Shown one piece after another: positions 10,001 to 20,530 of a stretch of 59,360 nucleotides of DNA. The notes beneath the pieces are model-generated. The model saw only the letters and a list, made by a program, of their open reading frames with translations, was not told the DNA's origin and did not search any database. The number at the start of each line of letters is the position of its first letter. The first letter of the stretch is position 1. The stretch is from Planctomycetales bacterium. GTDB lineage: Bacteria; Omnitrophota; Gorgyraeia; Gygaellales; Profunditerraquicolaceae. A program made the position numbers and the translations under genes. Location: NCBI GenBank assembly GCA_005239725.1, contig SBBM01000038.1:1-59360 (forward strand), given 5' to 3'.

Positions 10001-11087
10001 TGAGAACTTCTTTGTAAAGAGACACGTATTTCCCCGCAATGATATCCCAATCGTAATCTTTGACGGTTTCAAGTCCGTTTTTTATTAGGACATTTTTTAA
10101 ATCGTTATCATGAATAATTTCCTCGACACATCTAACCAGGCTATCAATGTCATCCACGCCGGCAAGAAACCCGTTCTCCCCATGCCTAATTAAGTCCGGG
10201 GCCATTCCGACAGAAGTTGAAACCAAGGGAACCCCTGAGGCCATGGATTCCATAATCGCTTCCGGCCCACCTTCTTCGCGTGAAGAAACAAGATATAAAT
10301 CAAGGCAATTATAAAAATCGGGCATCTTGGCATAATTATTAACGAATCGATATGTATACGGGATGCCGGCTATGTCGAGATTTTTTTTAATGTAGCCCCG
10401 GGCAGGGCCTGTTAACAAGCAATGTATTTTCAGTCTCTGGGATAAGCGCTTTACAACTGCGATAAAAATATCCGGGCCTTTAAGTAGTTTCGGCTCCAAA
10501 CCCTCATTCCAACCGTTCCCGTCCTTCTGGAATGAACCTATACAAATCGCATCTTCCGGTATACCAAAACTATTACGCAATTTTTTTCTTTTATCTTCCG
10601 GAAAAGGCACAAAAAGCTTCGCCTCTACTCCAATAGGGATAAACGCTATTTTCTCTTCCGGGATGCCCCAGGAAATCAACCTGTTTCTCATTATGGAATT
10701 TGCTGCAATAATACGATTGACCCTGTCAACCGAATCTATGAGTTTATTTATACTATTATCCATTTCCGCGCTAATGCCGAAATTGCCGTGAAAAATAGTC
10801 ACGATTATTCTATTAAAAGAATGCACGAAATTATCTATACTGCCGGCGAAAGTATGAAGAGACCCGAAATGAATAAGCCAATTAACAAAAAACTTCGGCG
10901 AAGTGTCGATGCGAAAATCCAGATTTCGAATACGGGCACCCCGGGAAATATATCCACCGATTCTTTTAATCACCCAATCAGCGCCTTCAACAATATGTAC
11001 AATACCTTTTGTTTTCCTGCGTTTCCCCCCGGATAACTTCCAGGTTAAAAAACTAAATATTTTTATCAGGTAACTTAATAAATACAT
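9993..11087 (-). CDS. GT4 family glycosyltransferase
   Basis: KGPDIF and EEGGPEAIMESMASG motifs. Confidence 0.88.
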   Translation of the reverse strand: MYLLSYLIKIFSFLTWKLSGGKRRKTKGIVHIVEGADWVIKRIGGYISRGARIRNLDFRIDTSPKFFVNWLIHFGSLHTFAGSIDNFVHSFNRIIVTIFHGNFGISAEMDNSINKLIDSVDRVNRIIAANSIMRNRLISWGIPEEKIAFIPIGVEAKLFVPFPEDKRKKLRNSFGIPEDAICIGSFQKDGNGWNEGLEPKLLKGPDIFIAVVKRLSQRLKIHCLLTGPARGYIKKNLDIAGIPYTYRFVNNYAKMPDFYNCLDLYLVSSREEGGPEAIMESMASGVPLVSTSVGMAPDLIRHGENGFLAGVDDIDSLVRCVEEIIHDNDLKNVLIKNGLETVKDYDWDIIAGKYVSLYKEVLSE

Positions 11088-11093
11088 CTTTTT

Positions 11094-11744
11094 TCAAAAT
11101 TTTGTTGCAATAACGGAATAGCCCGTAGTTATAAGGGAATTGACTCCTGTAAATCTTTTATCCGCATATTTCGACAGAAACCTAAAAACATGATATAGTT
11201 TATAGGTAACTCTGGGCAAAAATTTATTCACATTAAGAGTATTTTTAATAACGACATGAAATAGGTCAAAAATAACAGCAAATATTCCACCCATAGACGT
11301 GATGAAAAACTGCTTAAAACCCGCATTTACTAATTCTATTTTAAGCTTTGCCTCTGTCCACCGCTGGTAATCATCAGGGTCGCCATGTATGGCATACAAA
11401 AACGGCATGGTCATAATTAGTTTTCCTCCCGGCTTTAATATCCGGGATATTTCTAAAAACGCCGCTTCCGGCCTTTCCAGATGCTCAAGAATTTCGCAGA
11501 AAATTACGGTGTCGAAGGCATTGTCTGCAAAAGGCATCTTGTATACGCTACATGCGTAATCAGGCGAAGTCGTTAGATCTATATTTAAATACTCCCAGGA
11601 TTCTATAGAATGAAGCGGGGGCCGGAAAAACCCCCTCTTGTTATCTTTTTTCCCGCCGATATCAAGAACTCTCCCGCTCATAAACTTCTTGCTCGCATTA
11701 AGAAAATCGTCGATATAATATCTGCGCAAAGTTAATGTAATCAT
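11094..11744 (-). CDS. Class I SAM-dependent methyltransferase
   Basis: VLDIGG, EILEHL, RILKPGG and HGDPDDYQRWT motifs. Confidence 0.85.
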   Translation of the reverse strand: MITLTLRRYYIDDFLNASKKFMSGRVLDIGGKKDNKRGFFRPPLHSIESWEYLNIDLTTSPDYACSVYKMPFADNAFDTVIFCEILEHLERPEAAFLEISRILKPGGKLIMTMPFLYAIHGDPDDYQRWTEAKLKIELVNAGFKQFFITSMGGIFAVIFDLFHVVIKNTLNVNKFLPRVTYKLYHVFRFLSKYADKRFTGVNSLITTGYSVIATKF

Positions 11745-11755
11745 AAATTCGGCCC

Positions 11756-13252
11756 TTAACTAAAAACCGGTATCCTTTTAACGATATACCGATAATACCA
11801 ATCCAGAATCCTGAACTCGAGCGTAAACTTGTAGAAAACATATTTCAAACGCAATTTAGACAAAATAGCCATAAATAAAAAAATTATACCTTTAGCCGGA
11901 TTCTTGCGTATTCTTTTCCAAATATAGCTATAGGTATTTGTGGCCAATTGAACGCTTGTCCAGATATATTGGTTAAAATACATTTTCTTTATCCAGGGAG
12001 GATGCGCCCCTCCCAAAATTTCGGCTTTTGCCCATTCCTCCAGGGAAGCCGGCATCTTCAGGTTGTAATCCCTTACACACATATCATACAATTCCCCTCC
12101 CGGATAGGGCCTAAAATTAGCCGGTCCGTTAATAGCGGCGCGCGGTTCAATGCGCAGGATATCCCTGATTAATTTCAATGTCTGCATCTGCTCTTTTTTG
12201 GTTTCCGTGGGAATCCCAATCATGAAAGAAACAACCGGCAAAATATTAAACTTTTTTATGCGCCTTACAAAATTTAAGATATCCTCAACCGTACAGCCTT
12301 TTTTTAATAAATTGAGCACCCTGGGAGAACCCGATTCTCCTCCGATGCTAAGCTTATTGCATCCTGAATCAGCTAAAAGTTTAAGGTACGTATCGTCAAT
12401 ATACGTTTCCCGCAAGTATTCCGCCCGGGGATTAGCAAGCCAGGTAATCTTTATATTCCTATCTAAAATACCTTGGGCAATTTCTTTAACCTGGGTTCTG
12501 CTTGACATAAAAACCTCATCCCTGAAACCTATCCGTTTAATCCCATATTCGCGGTAAAGGTGCTGGATCTCGTCCAAAACATTCTTAGATTCTCGATACC
12601 TTATTTTCTTATTTTTCGATACCACATTTATACAGAAGGCGCAATTATAAGGACATCCTCGGCTTGTCTGGACTCTTATGATTGTGCGTTTTATGACATC
12701 CATCACTTCCTTCTTAACAAAAGACCAATCTATAAAAGGCAGGCTATTCATATCTATAAAATTCCTGTCCGGAGTAGTAACTATATTGCCGTCTTCCCTA
12801 AAACTTATCCCTCGTATCTTATGCAAATCAATAATGCCCGATTCATAGCACCTAACAATTTCAAGCATCGTTTCTTCGCCTTCGCCCCTGACAACAATAT
12901 CCGCAAGCCGGCTTTTTGCGGTCTGTTCAGGAAAGAGCGTAGCATGCGGACCTCCCCATATAATTTTCATCCGCGCATTTATTTTTTTTAGCCTCTCTAA
13001 CTCCGGGAACAAGTATTTTATATGTACGCTCATCGCGTAAACACCGAGTAAATCCGCGTCCCTTGCTTCATTGCTAAGCATCTCCTGATAACCCGGTTCC
13101 ACCGAACAATCAATCAAAGTAACATTATATCCACTCTTTTTAAGCACTGTCGCTATATACAATAGACCGGTCGGAGTATTATAAATACCTATCCCTCCCC
13201 CGGGAGGATAGATGAGCAATATTTTTATTTTATCTTTAATCAAACTGGCCAT
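11756..13252 (-). CDS. Cobalamin-binding radical SAM protein (class B methyltransferase-like)
   Basis: PTGLLYIA, WGGPHAT and GEGE in the B12 domain; SRGCPYNCAFC (CxxxCxxC). Start placed at the ATG at 13252, after a GAGGA ribosome-binding site. Confidence 0.9.
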   Translation of the reverse strand: MASLIKDKIKILLIYPPGGGIGIYNTPTGLLYIATVLKKSGYNVTLIDCSVEPGYQEMLSNEARDADLLGVYAMSVHIKYLFPELERLKKINARMKIIWGGPHATLFPEQTAKSRLADIVVRGEGEETMLEIVRCYESGIIDLHKIRGISFREDGNIVTTPDRNFIDMNSLPFIDWSFVKKEVMDVIKRTIIRVQTSRGCPYNCAFCINVVSKNKKIRYRESKNVLDEIQHLYREYGIKRIGFRDEVFMSSRTQVKEIAQGILDRNIKITWLANPRAEYLRETYIDDTYLKLLADSGCNKLSIGGESGSPRVLNLLKKGCTVEDILNFVRRIKKFNILPVVSFMIGIPTETKKEQMQTLKLIRDILRIEPRAAINGPANFRPYPGGELYDMCVRDYNLKMPASLEEWAKAEILGGAHPPWIKKMYFNQYIWTSVQLATNTYSYIWKRIRKNPAKGIIFLFMAILSKLRLKYVFYKFTLEFRILDWYYRYIVKRIPVFS

Positions 13253-13259
13253 ATAATCC

Positions 13260-14072
13260 TCAAACCTGCCCATCTATAATTCTGCGGCAAATATTAATCC
13301 ACCTTATTTTTTCCCTGCGCGCGATGTATTTTATAATATATCTTGAGACTGAAAAGATTTTGAGAAACCATCTATTTTTGTGCTTGGCTAAACCGCCAGT
13401 GCTACCCCTGCCGAAATGCGAAGCGATTAATTTACCGTTATCCGTATAATATTCCATACAAATTACATCCCGGAAAGGGCCATTCTTAAAATCACGAGTG
13501 CATTTTGCATCGAGTATTTTTCCGGCATACCCGGCATTTGTGAATTTCGGTCTCCACTCCCAGCAAGTATCCTTTCCATTTGTAATATCGCCGGGCCGGC
13601 AAGATATATCGAGCGACTTATATGATTGCGTATCAAAAATAACAAAAAACTGAAATGGAAAATCCGCAGGTTTATTTGCACTTCTAGATTTGCTTAAAGG
13701 CGAACCGGCTATCTTTACATTGCCGGAAATCATGCCAACCATATAGTCATCCCAGCCTTTTAATAAGGGAGTGCTGTCGCTGTCGAGTATAACAGTATAT
13801 TTAGCGCGGGATTCGCCGATTAAGAAATCCAGCGCCTCGGCGTGAGCCCAGGAACCGCTTTTGTCAGTTTTCCTGTAAAAAACTTTAACAAAATCATATC
13901 TTCTCTGTAAGGCATTTAATTTTTTTAGGTTCCGGGCATCCGAACCGTTATCATTAATCAAAACCTGACATTTCCGCCTGGTTAATTTATCAATTGCATA
14001 TAAGCTTAACTCGATAAAATTAGAGGTATTGAAATTGGTAATAACTATACAGAGTTCAGTTGTATTAATCAT
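13260..14072 (-). CDS. GT2-like glycosyltransferase
   Basis: IVITNFN, DNGS and ILDSD (DxD) motifs. Confidence 0.78.
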   Translation of the reverse strand: MINTTELCIVITNFNTSNFIELSLYAIDKLTRRKCQVLINDNGSDARNLKKLNALQRRYDFVKVFYRKTDKSGSWAHAEALDFLIGESRAKYTVILDSDSTPLLKGWDDYMVGMISGNVKIAGSPLSKSRSANKPADFPFQFFVIFDTQSYKSLDISCRPGDITNGKDTCWEWRPKFTNAGYAGKILDAKCTRDFKNGPFRDVICMEYYTDNGKLIASHFGRGSTGGLAKHKNRWFLKIFSVSRYIIKYIARREKIRWINICRRIIDGQV

Positions 14073-15931
14073 ACGCCGTTATCTATCTTAATATTTTTAA
14101 ACTGCAGATTGTATAATAGCCGGTAAGTCGGAGACTTTCCTAGAAGCTCCTGGTGTGTCCCTATCCCTTCAACCGCCCCGTTCCGCAAAACAACGATCTT
14201 ATGCGCGTGAAGAATCGTAGATAGCCTATGGGCAATCACAATAGCTGTGGCATTTTCCAGTATTTTCTCTATGGCAGACTGAACCTGCCTCTCTGATTCG
14301 CTGTCAAGCGAACTTGTCGCCTCATCAAGGATTAATATATGAGGATTAGCCACGACTGCCCTGGCGATGGCAATGCGCTGGCATTGCCCTCCGGAAAGGA
14401 GCACGCCCCTTTCCCCAACTACAGTGTCATAGCCGGCCGGTAAACTGGTTATAAAACTATGTATATTGGCTATTTCCGCTGCTTTTAGAACATCCGGATC
14501 CGATAAATATTCCCTTCCGTAACGGATATTATTCCGGATCGTATCATTAAAAAGAATGCTTTGCTGGGGTACGACCCCGAAAATCCTACGGTAGCTGTCT
14601 TGTCTTATCCGCCTTAAGTCAACTCCATCAATAGAAATCACACCCTCAGTAGGGTCATAAAACCTCAGGATTAAATCCACCAAGGTGGATTTCCCGGCGC
14701 CGCTCGGGCCGACAATAGCGACAATCTCTCCCTTTCTTACCTCAAAAGAAACACTATCCAGGACCGGGCCATTCCCATAGGAAAAAGATGCATTGTCTAA
14801 CAACAGACTATCTTTAAAATCACTCTTGTCCTCTTTTCCGTCTACAACCTTCGGCTTAAGCCGTAGTAATTCGTCAATCCTGGCGTATGACGCCAATAGC
14901 GCCTGTATCCACGACACATTAACGGCAAGTTTGTTTATGGGATTTATCAGAAGCTGGCCGACAAAAATAAACATGGCAAAACCCTCTACCGTAAGGTTCC
15001 CGTGCATTAATTGCTGAGCGGCGATAAGGACAATGCCGACCATGGCAAAGGCGTCCAAAATAGACCGCGTCGGCTCCTGAAGGTTTTTAACCTTACCTGC
15101 TTTCAGTTCGGCACCAACTACCCCGTCAATCCCTTTTTCCAGCTTTTTGATCTCATACTTCTCGCCCCCGAATGATTTTATCACTCTTACAGAAGTAAAA
15201 ACTTCATGGAGCATATTTGAAAACTCCGCGGCCTTATCAAGCAGCATGCGGGTGGTACTGCTTAATGGCCGTTTAATAAGCTCCGTCAGGCCGAACTGCG
15301 CCAAAATCAGCCCGAATGCAACAAAAGTCAATACGACATTGGTGCTGAATAAATAAGTGCTGTATATTATTATCAGGATACTATGGTAAAACAGACTCCG
15401 CACTAACGGCCCCACGCCATTAGCCGTATTTTTGGCATCTTGCATGATACGCGACATCAAATCACCGGTCTTTTGATGATTAAAAAATACCATATTCAAA
15501 GAAAGGATGTGATGGGCTATATCCATTTGTATTAATTTTATGGCGCGGGTCTCAATGGAAAGCGACAAAAGGAATCCTGCGTAATTAATAATAGAGGAAA
15601 GGGCTACTAACAGCATATAAATGACGGTCAGGATAAGCAGGGAATTCCATTTATCATGCGAAAATGAGGAGATAACCCCCATTACCCGGCCACCAATGTG
15701 GTTAAGGTCAAGTGAACCTGCCATCGATTGGGTGCCTGCAACATCATGCTGGCCTACAACAATATTCATTATTCCCGCCAATACTACCGGCTGGCTTGCT
15801 GCAATAAAATTTGCCACAAGAGTAACGGGAATAAGTAAAATTATTAGCCGGCGCAAGGGCCAGGCATACGTCTTTACAAGATACCCGAAAGAAACCTTAT
15901 TCTTAACTTTTCCGTTCATATGATTGCTCAT
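14069..15931 (-). CDS. ABC exporter, fused permease/ATPase (MsbA/PglK-type, probable lipid-linked glycan flippase)
   Basis: N-terminal transmembrane domain; GPSGAGKST Walker A, LSGGQ signature, ILDEATS Walker B. Confidence 0.9.
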   Translation of the reverse strand: MSNHMNGKVKNKVSFGYLVKTYAWPLRRLIILLIPVTLVANFIAASQPVVLAGIMNIVVGQHDVAGTQSMAGSLDLNHIGGRVMGVISSFSHDKWNSLLILTVIYMLLVALSSIINYAGFLLSLSIETRAIKLIQMDIAHHILSLNMVFFNHQKTGDLMSRIMQDAKNTANGVGPLVRSLFYHSILIIIYSTYLFSTNVVLTFVAFGLILAQFGLTELIKRPLSSTTRMLLDKAAEFSNMLHEVFTSVRVIKSFGGEKYEIKKLEKGIDGVVGAELKAGKVKNLQEPTRSILDAFAMVGIVLIAAQQLMHGNLTVEGFAMFIFVGQLLINPINKLAVNVSWIQALLASYARIDELLRLKPKVVDGKEDKSDFKDSLLLDNASFSYGNGPVLDSVSFEVRKGEIVAIVGPSGAGKSTLVDLILRFYDPTEGVISIDGVDLRRIRQDSYRRIFGVVPQQSILFNDTIRNNIRYGREYLSDPDVLKAAEIANIHSFITSLPAGYDTVVGERGVLLSGGQCQRIAIARAVVANPHILILDEATSSLDSESERQVQSAIEKILENATAIVIAHRLSTILHAHKIVVLRNGAVEGIGTHQELLGKSPTYRLLYNLQFKNIKIDNGV

Positions 15932-16275
15932 GTTTTTTGCGGATAAGAATCTCCTGATTCATCGGTATAAATAAAATCAAAGGTGTTGTCGCCAAAAGGC
16001 AAAGCTTCAACCTTATGTGTAGTAAATCCCTCGACCGCTATTCCTGTTTCCTTCGCCCTAAGAAGGACAATTTGGTTTGCCTCTTCGTTTGGCTCGACTC
16101 CAGAAACTATGCAATCTTTTTTATGCAATTCGACTGCAAACCCCTTCTTTCGGCAACTTCTTCGCTCCGGCGCATTGACACCCAATATTCCGGATCCCCT
16201 AACCCGACCTGCTTATAGGTGCGCCTCCAATAATCCTTTAAACGGTTTATAATTTTCTTCGGAATAAGCGCTCAT
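15928..16275 (-). pseudogene. Degraded class I methyltransferase
   Basis: A coupled ATG at 16275 reaches a stop after 20 codons. The remaining pieces lie in other frames, and one keeps SGVEPN...EALPFGDNTFDFIY. Motif I and the C-terminal half are missing. Confidence 0.7.
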
Positions 16276-16916
16276 AATTTATTCCGGTTCTTTCTGAACC
16301 CGGGATTCTTATGCATATCAGTCGCAGAGTTTCCATGCTTAACATAGTTATACAAGGGCACGGGAAGATGGTAGATCTTCTCATGTTCAATACGGCTGAA
16401 TAAATCCTTATCCTCAAAAATCCTCTTTTCATGATTGTAGGACCCTATCATCTCCAGATAAGAGGTGCGAAACATAAGCCCGCAGGCAATGCCGTTATCC
16501 TTAAATGATTCTTTGGTTATGATCCGCTCTTCGTTATCGGTTATAAAATAATCGCAGGATGCCCCGACATATTTGGGATTGAATTTAAGAAAATTATAAA
16601 GCATATACAAAAATGCCGGCTGCACATAATCGTCGGAATCTACGCGCACAAAATATTTTCCCCGGGAATTTGCCACCCCTATCTGGGCACTTGCCCCTAT
16701 GCCTAAATTTTTCTTATTCCTTATGACCTTTATTTCCCCTGCCTTTACGAACGTCTCAATGGCCTCAATGGAATCATCAGTGCTGGCATCGTCGACAACA
16801 ATAATCTCATAATACGACTTATTAAGGTCCTGGTTCAATAAAGACCTTATGCACCTGCGTATAAGTTTGCCGTAATTATAATTAACCACTATTACCGAAA
16901 TATCGATAAGCCTCAT
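16272..16916 (-). CDS. Small GT2 glycosyltransferase
   Basis: ISVIVVNYN, DDASTD and RVDSDD motifs. Confidence 0.88.
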   Translation of the reverse strand: MRLIDISVIVVNYNYGKLIRRCIRSLLNQDLNKSYYEIIVVDDASTDDSIEAIETFVKAGEIKVIRNKKNLGIGASAQIGVANSRGKYFVRVDSDDYVQPAFLYMLYNFLKFNPKYVGASCDYFITDNEERIITKESFKDNGIACGLMFRTSYLEMIGSYNHEKRIFEDKDLFSRIEHEKIYHLPVPLYNYVKHGNSATDMHKNPGFRKNRNKL

Positions 16917-18399
16917 TCCTCACTCTCCTTTTTTTTAACAACCCTCCATCGCTAATGCCGTCCTTCCTCCGTGAGCCATCGCCGCGGAAAAGGAAAAAAA
17001 GATGCCTCCATGAACTGCCCATAAAAGTAAAAAACAGCGATAAACTCCGGAAAAATACCAATATCCGGAATATCTGGCGCGGCCGCAAATAATAACGCCT
17101 GATAGCCAGCTTCCTCAAATCATTAATCTCATCTTTTGCTAAAGAAGTATGCCGGTAATCAATAGGCACATCGTGCGTTATATGGTTCCATTTATCCCAT
17201 TCATTATTCATTTCAAAATCTTTCTGATAATATTTCCGGAATATGGGGGTACCGGGATAAGGCATAAGGATATTAAACCCTGCCATTGTCGAATCAAGCT
17301 TAATAGCAAAATCAATGGTCTCCAAAATAGTCTGGCGCGTATCTTTGGGGTTGCCGATCATAAATGAATTAAGGTAATCTATCCCTACCTTTTTGCAATT
17401 CATACATGCCCGGTAAATATCTTCTTTTGAAACGTTCTTGCCTAGTTGTTTCAAAACTTCTGTATTTCCGCTTTCTATCCCGAATTGGATAAAAACGCAT
17501 CCCGCCTTTTTCATCATTTTTAATAATTCCACGTCCTGGCAATGGTCGGTGCGCGCGAATATAAACCAGGTAATCTTTATTTTCTCATCGATGATCCTCT
17601 GGCATATAAGGCGCGCCCTCTCCTGGTCAGCCATAAAATTATCATCAAGGATATGCAGGTGCCTTATCCCGTAAGTAGATGTGATATGGCGGATAAGGCC
17701 GAGGAAATAATCCACACTATGCGCCCTCAATTTCCTCCCGGTTACGGCGTTTGCGCAAAAAGTGCACGTTGCCGGGCACCCTCTGGAGGACATAACAAAA
17801 GTGCTATCCTCGCGTATACGGTAAACAACCGAAGGGGCGTATTCCTTTATGGGCAAAAGATGATAAGCCGGATAAGGGATGGCATCCAAATCTTCTATCA
17901 TCTCCCTCGGAGGATTCAATATTGTCTCTCCTGCCTGCCGATAACAGATACCCTTGATGCTGGAAAAATCCGTCCGTTTTTGACTTAAAAATTTCACCAG
18001 TTCAACAGTCGTAAATTCCCCTTCCCCGGAGATTACGAAATCTATTTCAGGAGTTAACTCCAATGATTCCCTGGGAAGGACGGTTACATGTGCTCCGCCC
18101 ACCAATATAGGTATGCCCGCAAAATTGCTTTTTAACTCCCGGGCGATCTTCTGTGCCGAATTAAATGTGGGAGTGACTGCGGTTAAGCCGAACAAATCAG
18201 GTCCGAATGCCTTTATTTCGCTGATCAATTCCGGTAGTGGCGCATTATGCAGGTTAGGGTCAAAAACCTTAACCTCGCACCCCTCCCTCTCCAATGCGGC
18301 CGCCACATAAAGTAGGCCCAAAGGAATAGAGGCGTCCTGCCTGATATTCAGTTTTTTGTAAATCAATAAATACGGAGGATTAATTAGGGCTATTTTCAT
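16882..18399 (-). CDS. Cobalamin-binding radical SAM protein
   Basis: KIALINPP, PLGLLYVAA, GGAHVT, GEGE and SRGCPATCTFC motifs. Confidence 0.92.
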   Translation of the reverse strand: MKIALINPPYLLIYKKLNIRQDASIPLGLLYVAAALEREGCEVKVFDPNLHNAPLPELISEIKAFGPDLFGLTAVTPTFNSAQKIARELKSNFAGIPILVGGAHVTVLPRESLELTPEIDFVISGEGEFTTVELVKFLSQKRTDFSSIKGICYRQAGETILNPPREMIEDLDAIPYPAYHLLPIKEYAPSVVYRIREDSTFVMSSRGCPATCTFCANAVTGRKLRAHSVDYFLGLIRHITSTYGIRHLHILDDNFMADQERARLICQRIIDEKIKITWFIFARTDHCQDVELLKMMKKAGCVFIQFGIESGNTEVLKQLGKNVSKEDIYRACMNCKKVGIDYLNSFMIGNPKDTRQTILETIDFAIKLDSTMAGFNILMPYPGTPIFRKYYQKDFEMNNEWDKWNHITHDVPIDYRHTSLAKDEINDLRKLAIRRYYLRPRQIFRILVFFRSLSLFFTFMGSSWRHLFFLFRGDGSRRKDGISDGGLLKKRRVRNEAYRYFGNSG

Positions 18400-20530
18400 G
18401 GGCTTGACTACTTTTTAATATTTGGTAAATATCAACATCGCTATTTGAATAAACTTTATACATTAATTCCTCATCAAATGACATAAGCCAGACATTTAAC
18501 TCCCTGCGTTTATCAACCAGGACATAAGATACATTAAATTTATCTCGCATTTCGATAAGTGCGCCTCTATCCTTTTTATCAAAAAATGAACTTAAAAGTA
18601 TTCGCCGGTCAGCAAAAGGGACATACGCGGGGTCTTGTTTATAAACATTGGCCCACCGATGAAATTGCGGGGTAGGAAACGTCCCTTCTAAAAAAAATCT
18701 TCGCTCAGAAAAAGCTGAATAATAAAAATATTTTTCCCGTTCCGAGAATTCCGTATAGTACCATGTTTTCTTTTCCTTCCATAAATCTTGCGTAAAATTT
18801 ACCGCTATTACCGCGTCACGGGGAGTATTTTCCCGCAGCCATCGCAAACCCTTGAACAAGCCTGCGGATAAAAGCGGTTTCTCTCCGTATCGCTTTACGT
18901 AATAATAACGGCTGACCGTAGGAAACGCACATTTCACAACGGTAGTAGTAAGCCCGGAAATAAGCAAAATCAAAACAATAAATTTTGCTGCCAAATTTTT
19001 ATGCGACTTAGAACCTATTTTAAACAACGCTGTTAAACCTTTAGTCGACATAATCGCCAGCGGAACGCTTCCATAACCAAGAAAACCCCATTCTCCTCCA
19101 TTGAGCGAGAATAGCATCGCAATAAAAAAAGAACCCAAATATAAGCTCATAAGCCAGACTTCTTCCGTATTAAGATTGAGCTTGCGGTAAATGATAAAAA
19201 GCATAAAGCCGAATATGGATAGCGGGGCATAACCGAATATAACAAAACCCGGCAAGCCTACTTTTACCAACCATAATAAACCAGGGAAATATTTATGCGC
19301 ATAATACATAGCAACAGAATTAATATCGATATCAAAGAGCAGCTTGAAGGGTGTAAACTTAACATAGTTTACATAAATTGACTGCGTATAACTTTTAGTA
19401 ATGACATACGTGACGCACATCAGGAGAAACAGGATAGCAATAACTTTATCTACATTATGCCGGATAAAGATTTGCCAAGCCAATATACCGGCTATTCCCA
19501 TAATTAATATAGGCATAAGAACGGACTTTGTGAAAGCAGATGCTGCGATCAACAATATTATAAGTGATATCTTTGCCATGCCGAAATCAGCGCTACCGCG
19601 AGTGGCTTCTGCAATCAGTACGATTAAAGCGACAAAGAAAACTATGCCCATAAGAAACCCTGGACTTTGAAAAGCAGACCAGAAAATGTAGTTAAAGAAA
19701 AGGTCATCGGCATAAAGCGCGGCTGACCCCATTTTTCTGGCGCTATTAAGGACGAATAATCCCGACAAACTGCCGATAAGCAAAACTAATGAAGCGGTCG
19801 CCACCCCTGTGAACTTGCCTATCAATTCTCTGCCTGCCCAACAAAGTACCATCGCCCATAAGAAATATAGTTCGAAGGGAAATAAACGCAACACCACCCT
19901 GCTCAGGTCTATGCCGGTTATGCTTGATGCCGTGGCGATATGAATATAAGGCAAGAAATAATACCGCATAGGTTCACCGGAAACGCTCGGATTTTGAAAA
20001 GGAAAATTATGCCACTTGACCTCACCGGCCAGGCTTAGATGCCACACCAAATCTTGATAATAAGTGACTCCCTGTGTCTCTGAAGGCAAATAGACCCCGG
20101 AAATATTGCAGAACTTTATCACCAAGATAACCCCGATGGAAATAATAATATAAGCCAGCATTTCACTATTCATAATCCTCTCTCTCTCTCTTACGTCCTT
20201 AAGCTTAGGGATTACGAAAGGAAACAGACAAAAGCCGATGAGCATCGTCCCGTAAAAAGTTATCCCCTGGCCGAGAAGGGGCCTAAATAAATATACCCAT
20301 CCCTCCAGAACATAACCCAATGCCCATCCAAGACAGAATTGCCTCAATGCAGTTCCGCGATCTTTTATCAAAACAAGATAAACAACCCAGCCCGGAAACA
20401 AGACATAGAAAAAGGAATAACTTAGATATTTAAAACAGTCAAAAAAAGTTATGCCTGATGTTACGGCAATAATCATAAAACCGCAAAGCGCCGATAAAAC
20501 AAGAATAACATTCTTTATTATATTACTCAT
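18380..20530 (-). CDS. Large polytopic membrane protein, probably a GT-C-fold transferase
   Basis: More than 12 hydrophobic segments. The first large loop has YQDLVWH...FPFQNPSVSGEPMRYY, and the soluble C-terminus has WLRENTPRDAVI...ERR, an architecture seen in GT-C-like proteins. Confidence 0.6.
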   Translation of the reverse strand: MSNIIKNVILVLSALCGFMIIAVTSGITFFDCFKYLSYSFFYVLFPGWVVYLVLIKDRGTALRQFCLGWALGYVLEGWVYLFRPLLGQGITFYGTMLIGFCLFPFVIPKLKDVRERERIMNSEMLAYIIISIGVILVIKFCNISGVYLPSETQGVTYYQDLVWHLSLAGEVKWHNFPFQNPSVSGEPMRYYFLPYIHIATASSITGIDLSRVVLRLFPFELYFLWAMVLCWAGRELIGKFTGVATASLVLLIGSLSGLFVLNSARKMGSAALYADDLFFNYIFWSAFQSPGFLMGIVFFVALIVLIAEATRGSADFGMAKISLIILLIAASAFTKSVLMPILIMGIAGILAWQIFIRHNVDKVIAILFLLMCVTYVITKSYTQSIYVNYVKFTPFKLLFDIDINSVAMYYAHKYFPGLLWLVKVGLPGFVIFGYAPLSIFGFMLFIIYRKLNLNTEEVWLMSLYLGSFFIAMLFSLNGGEWGFLGYGSVPLAIMSTKGLTALFKIGSKSHKNLAAKFIVLILLISGLTTTVVKCAFPTVSRYYYVKRYGEKPLLSAGLFKGLRWLRENTPRDAVIAVNFTQDLWKEKKTWYYTEFSEREKYFYYSAFSERRFFLEGTFPTPQFHRWANVYKQDPAYVPFADRRILLSSFFDKKDRGALIEMRDKFNVSYVLVDKRRELNVWLMSFDEELMYKVYSNSDVDIYQILKSSQAHENSPN

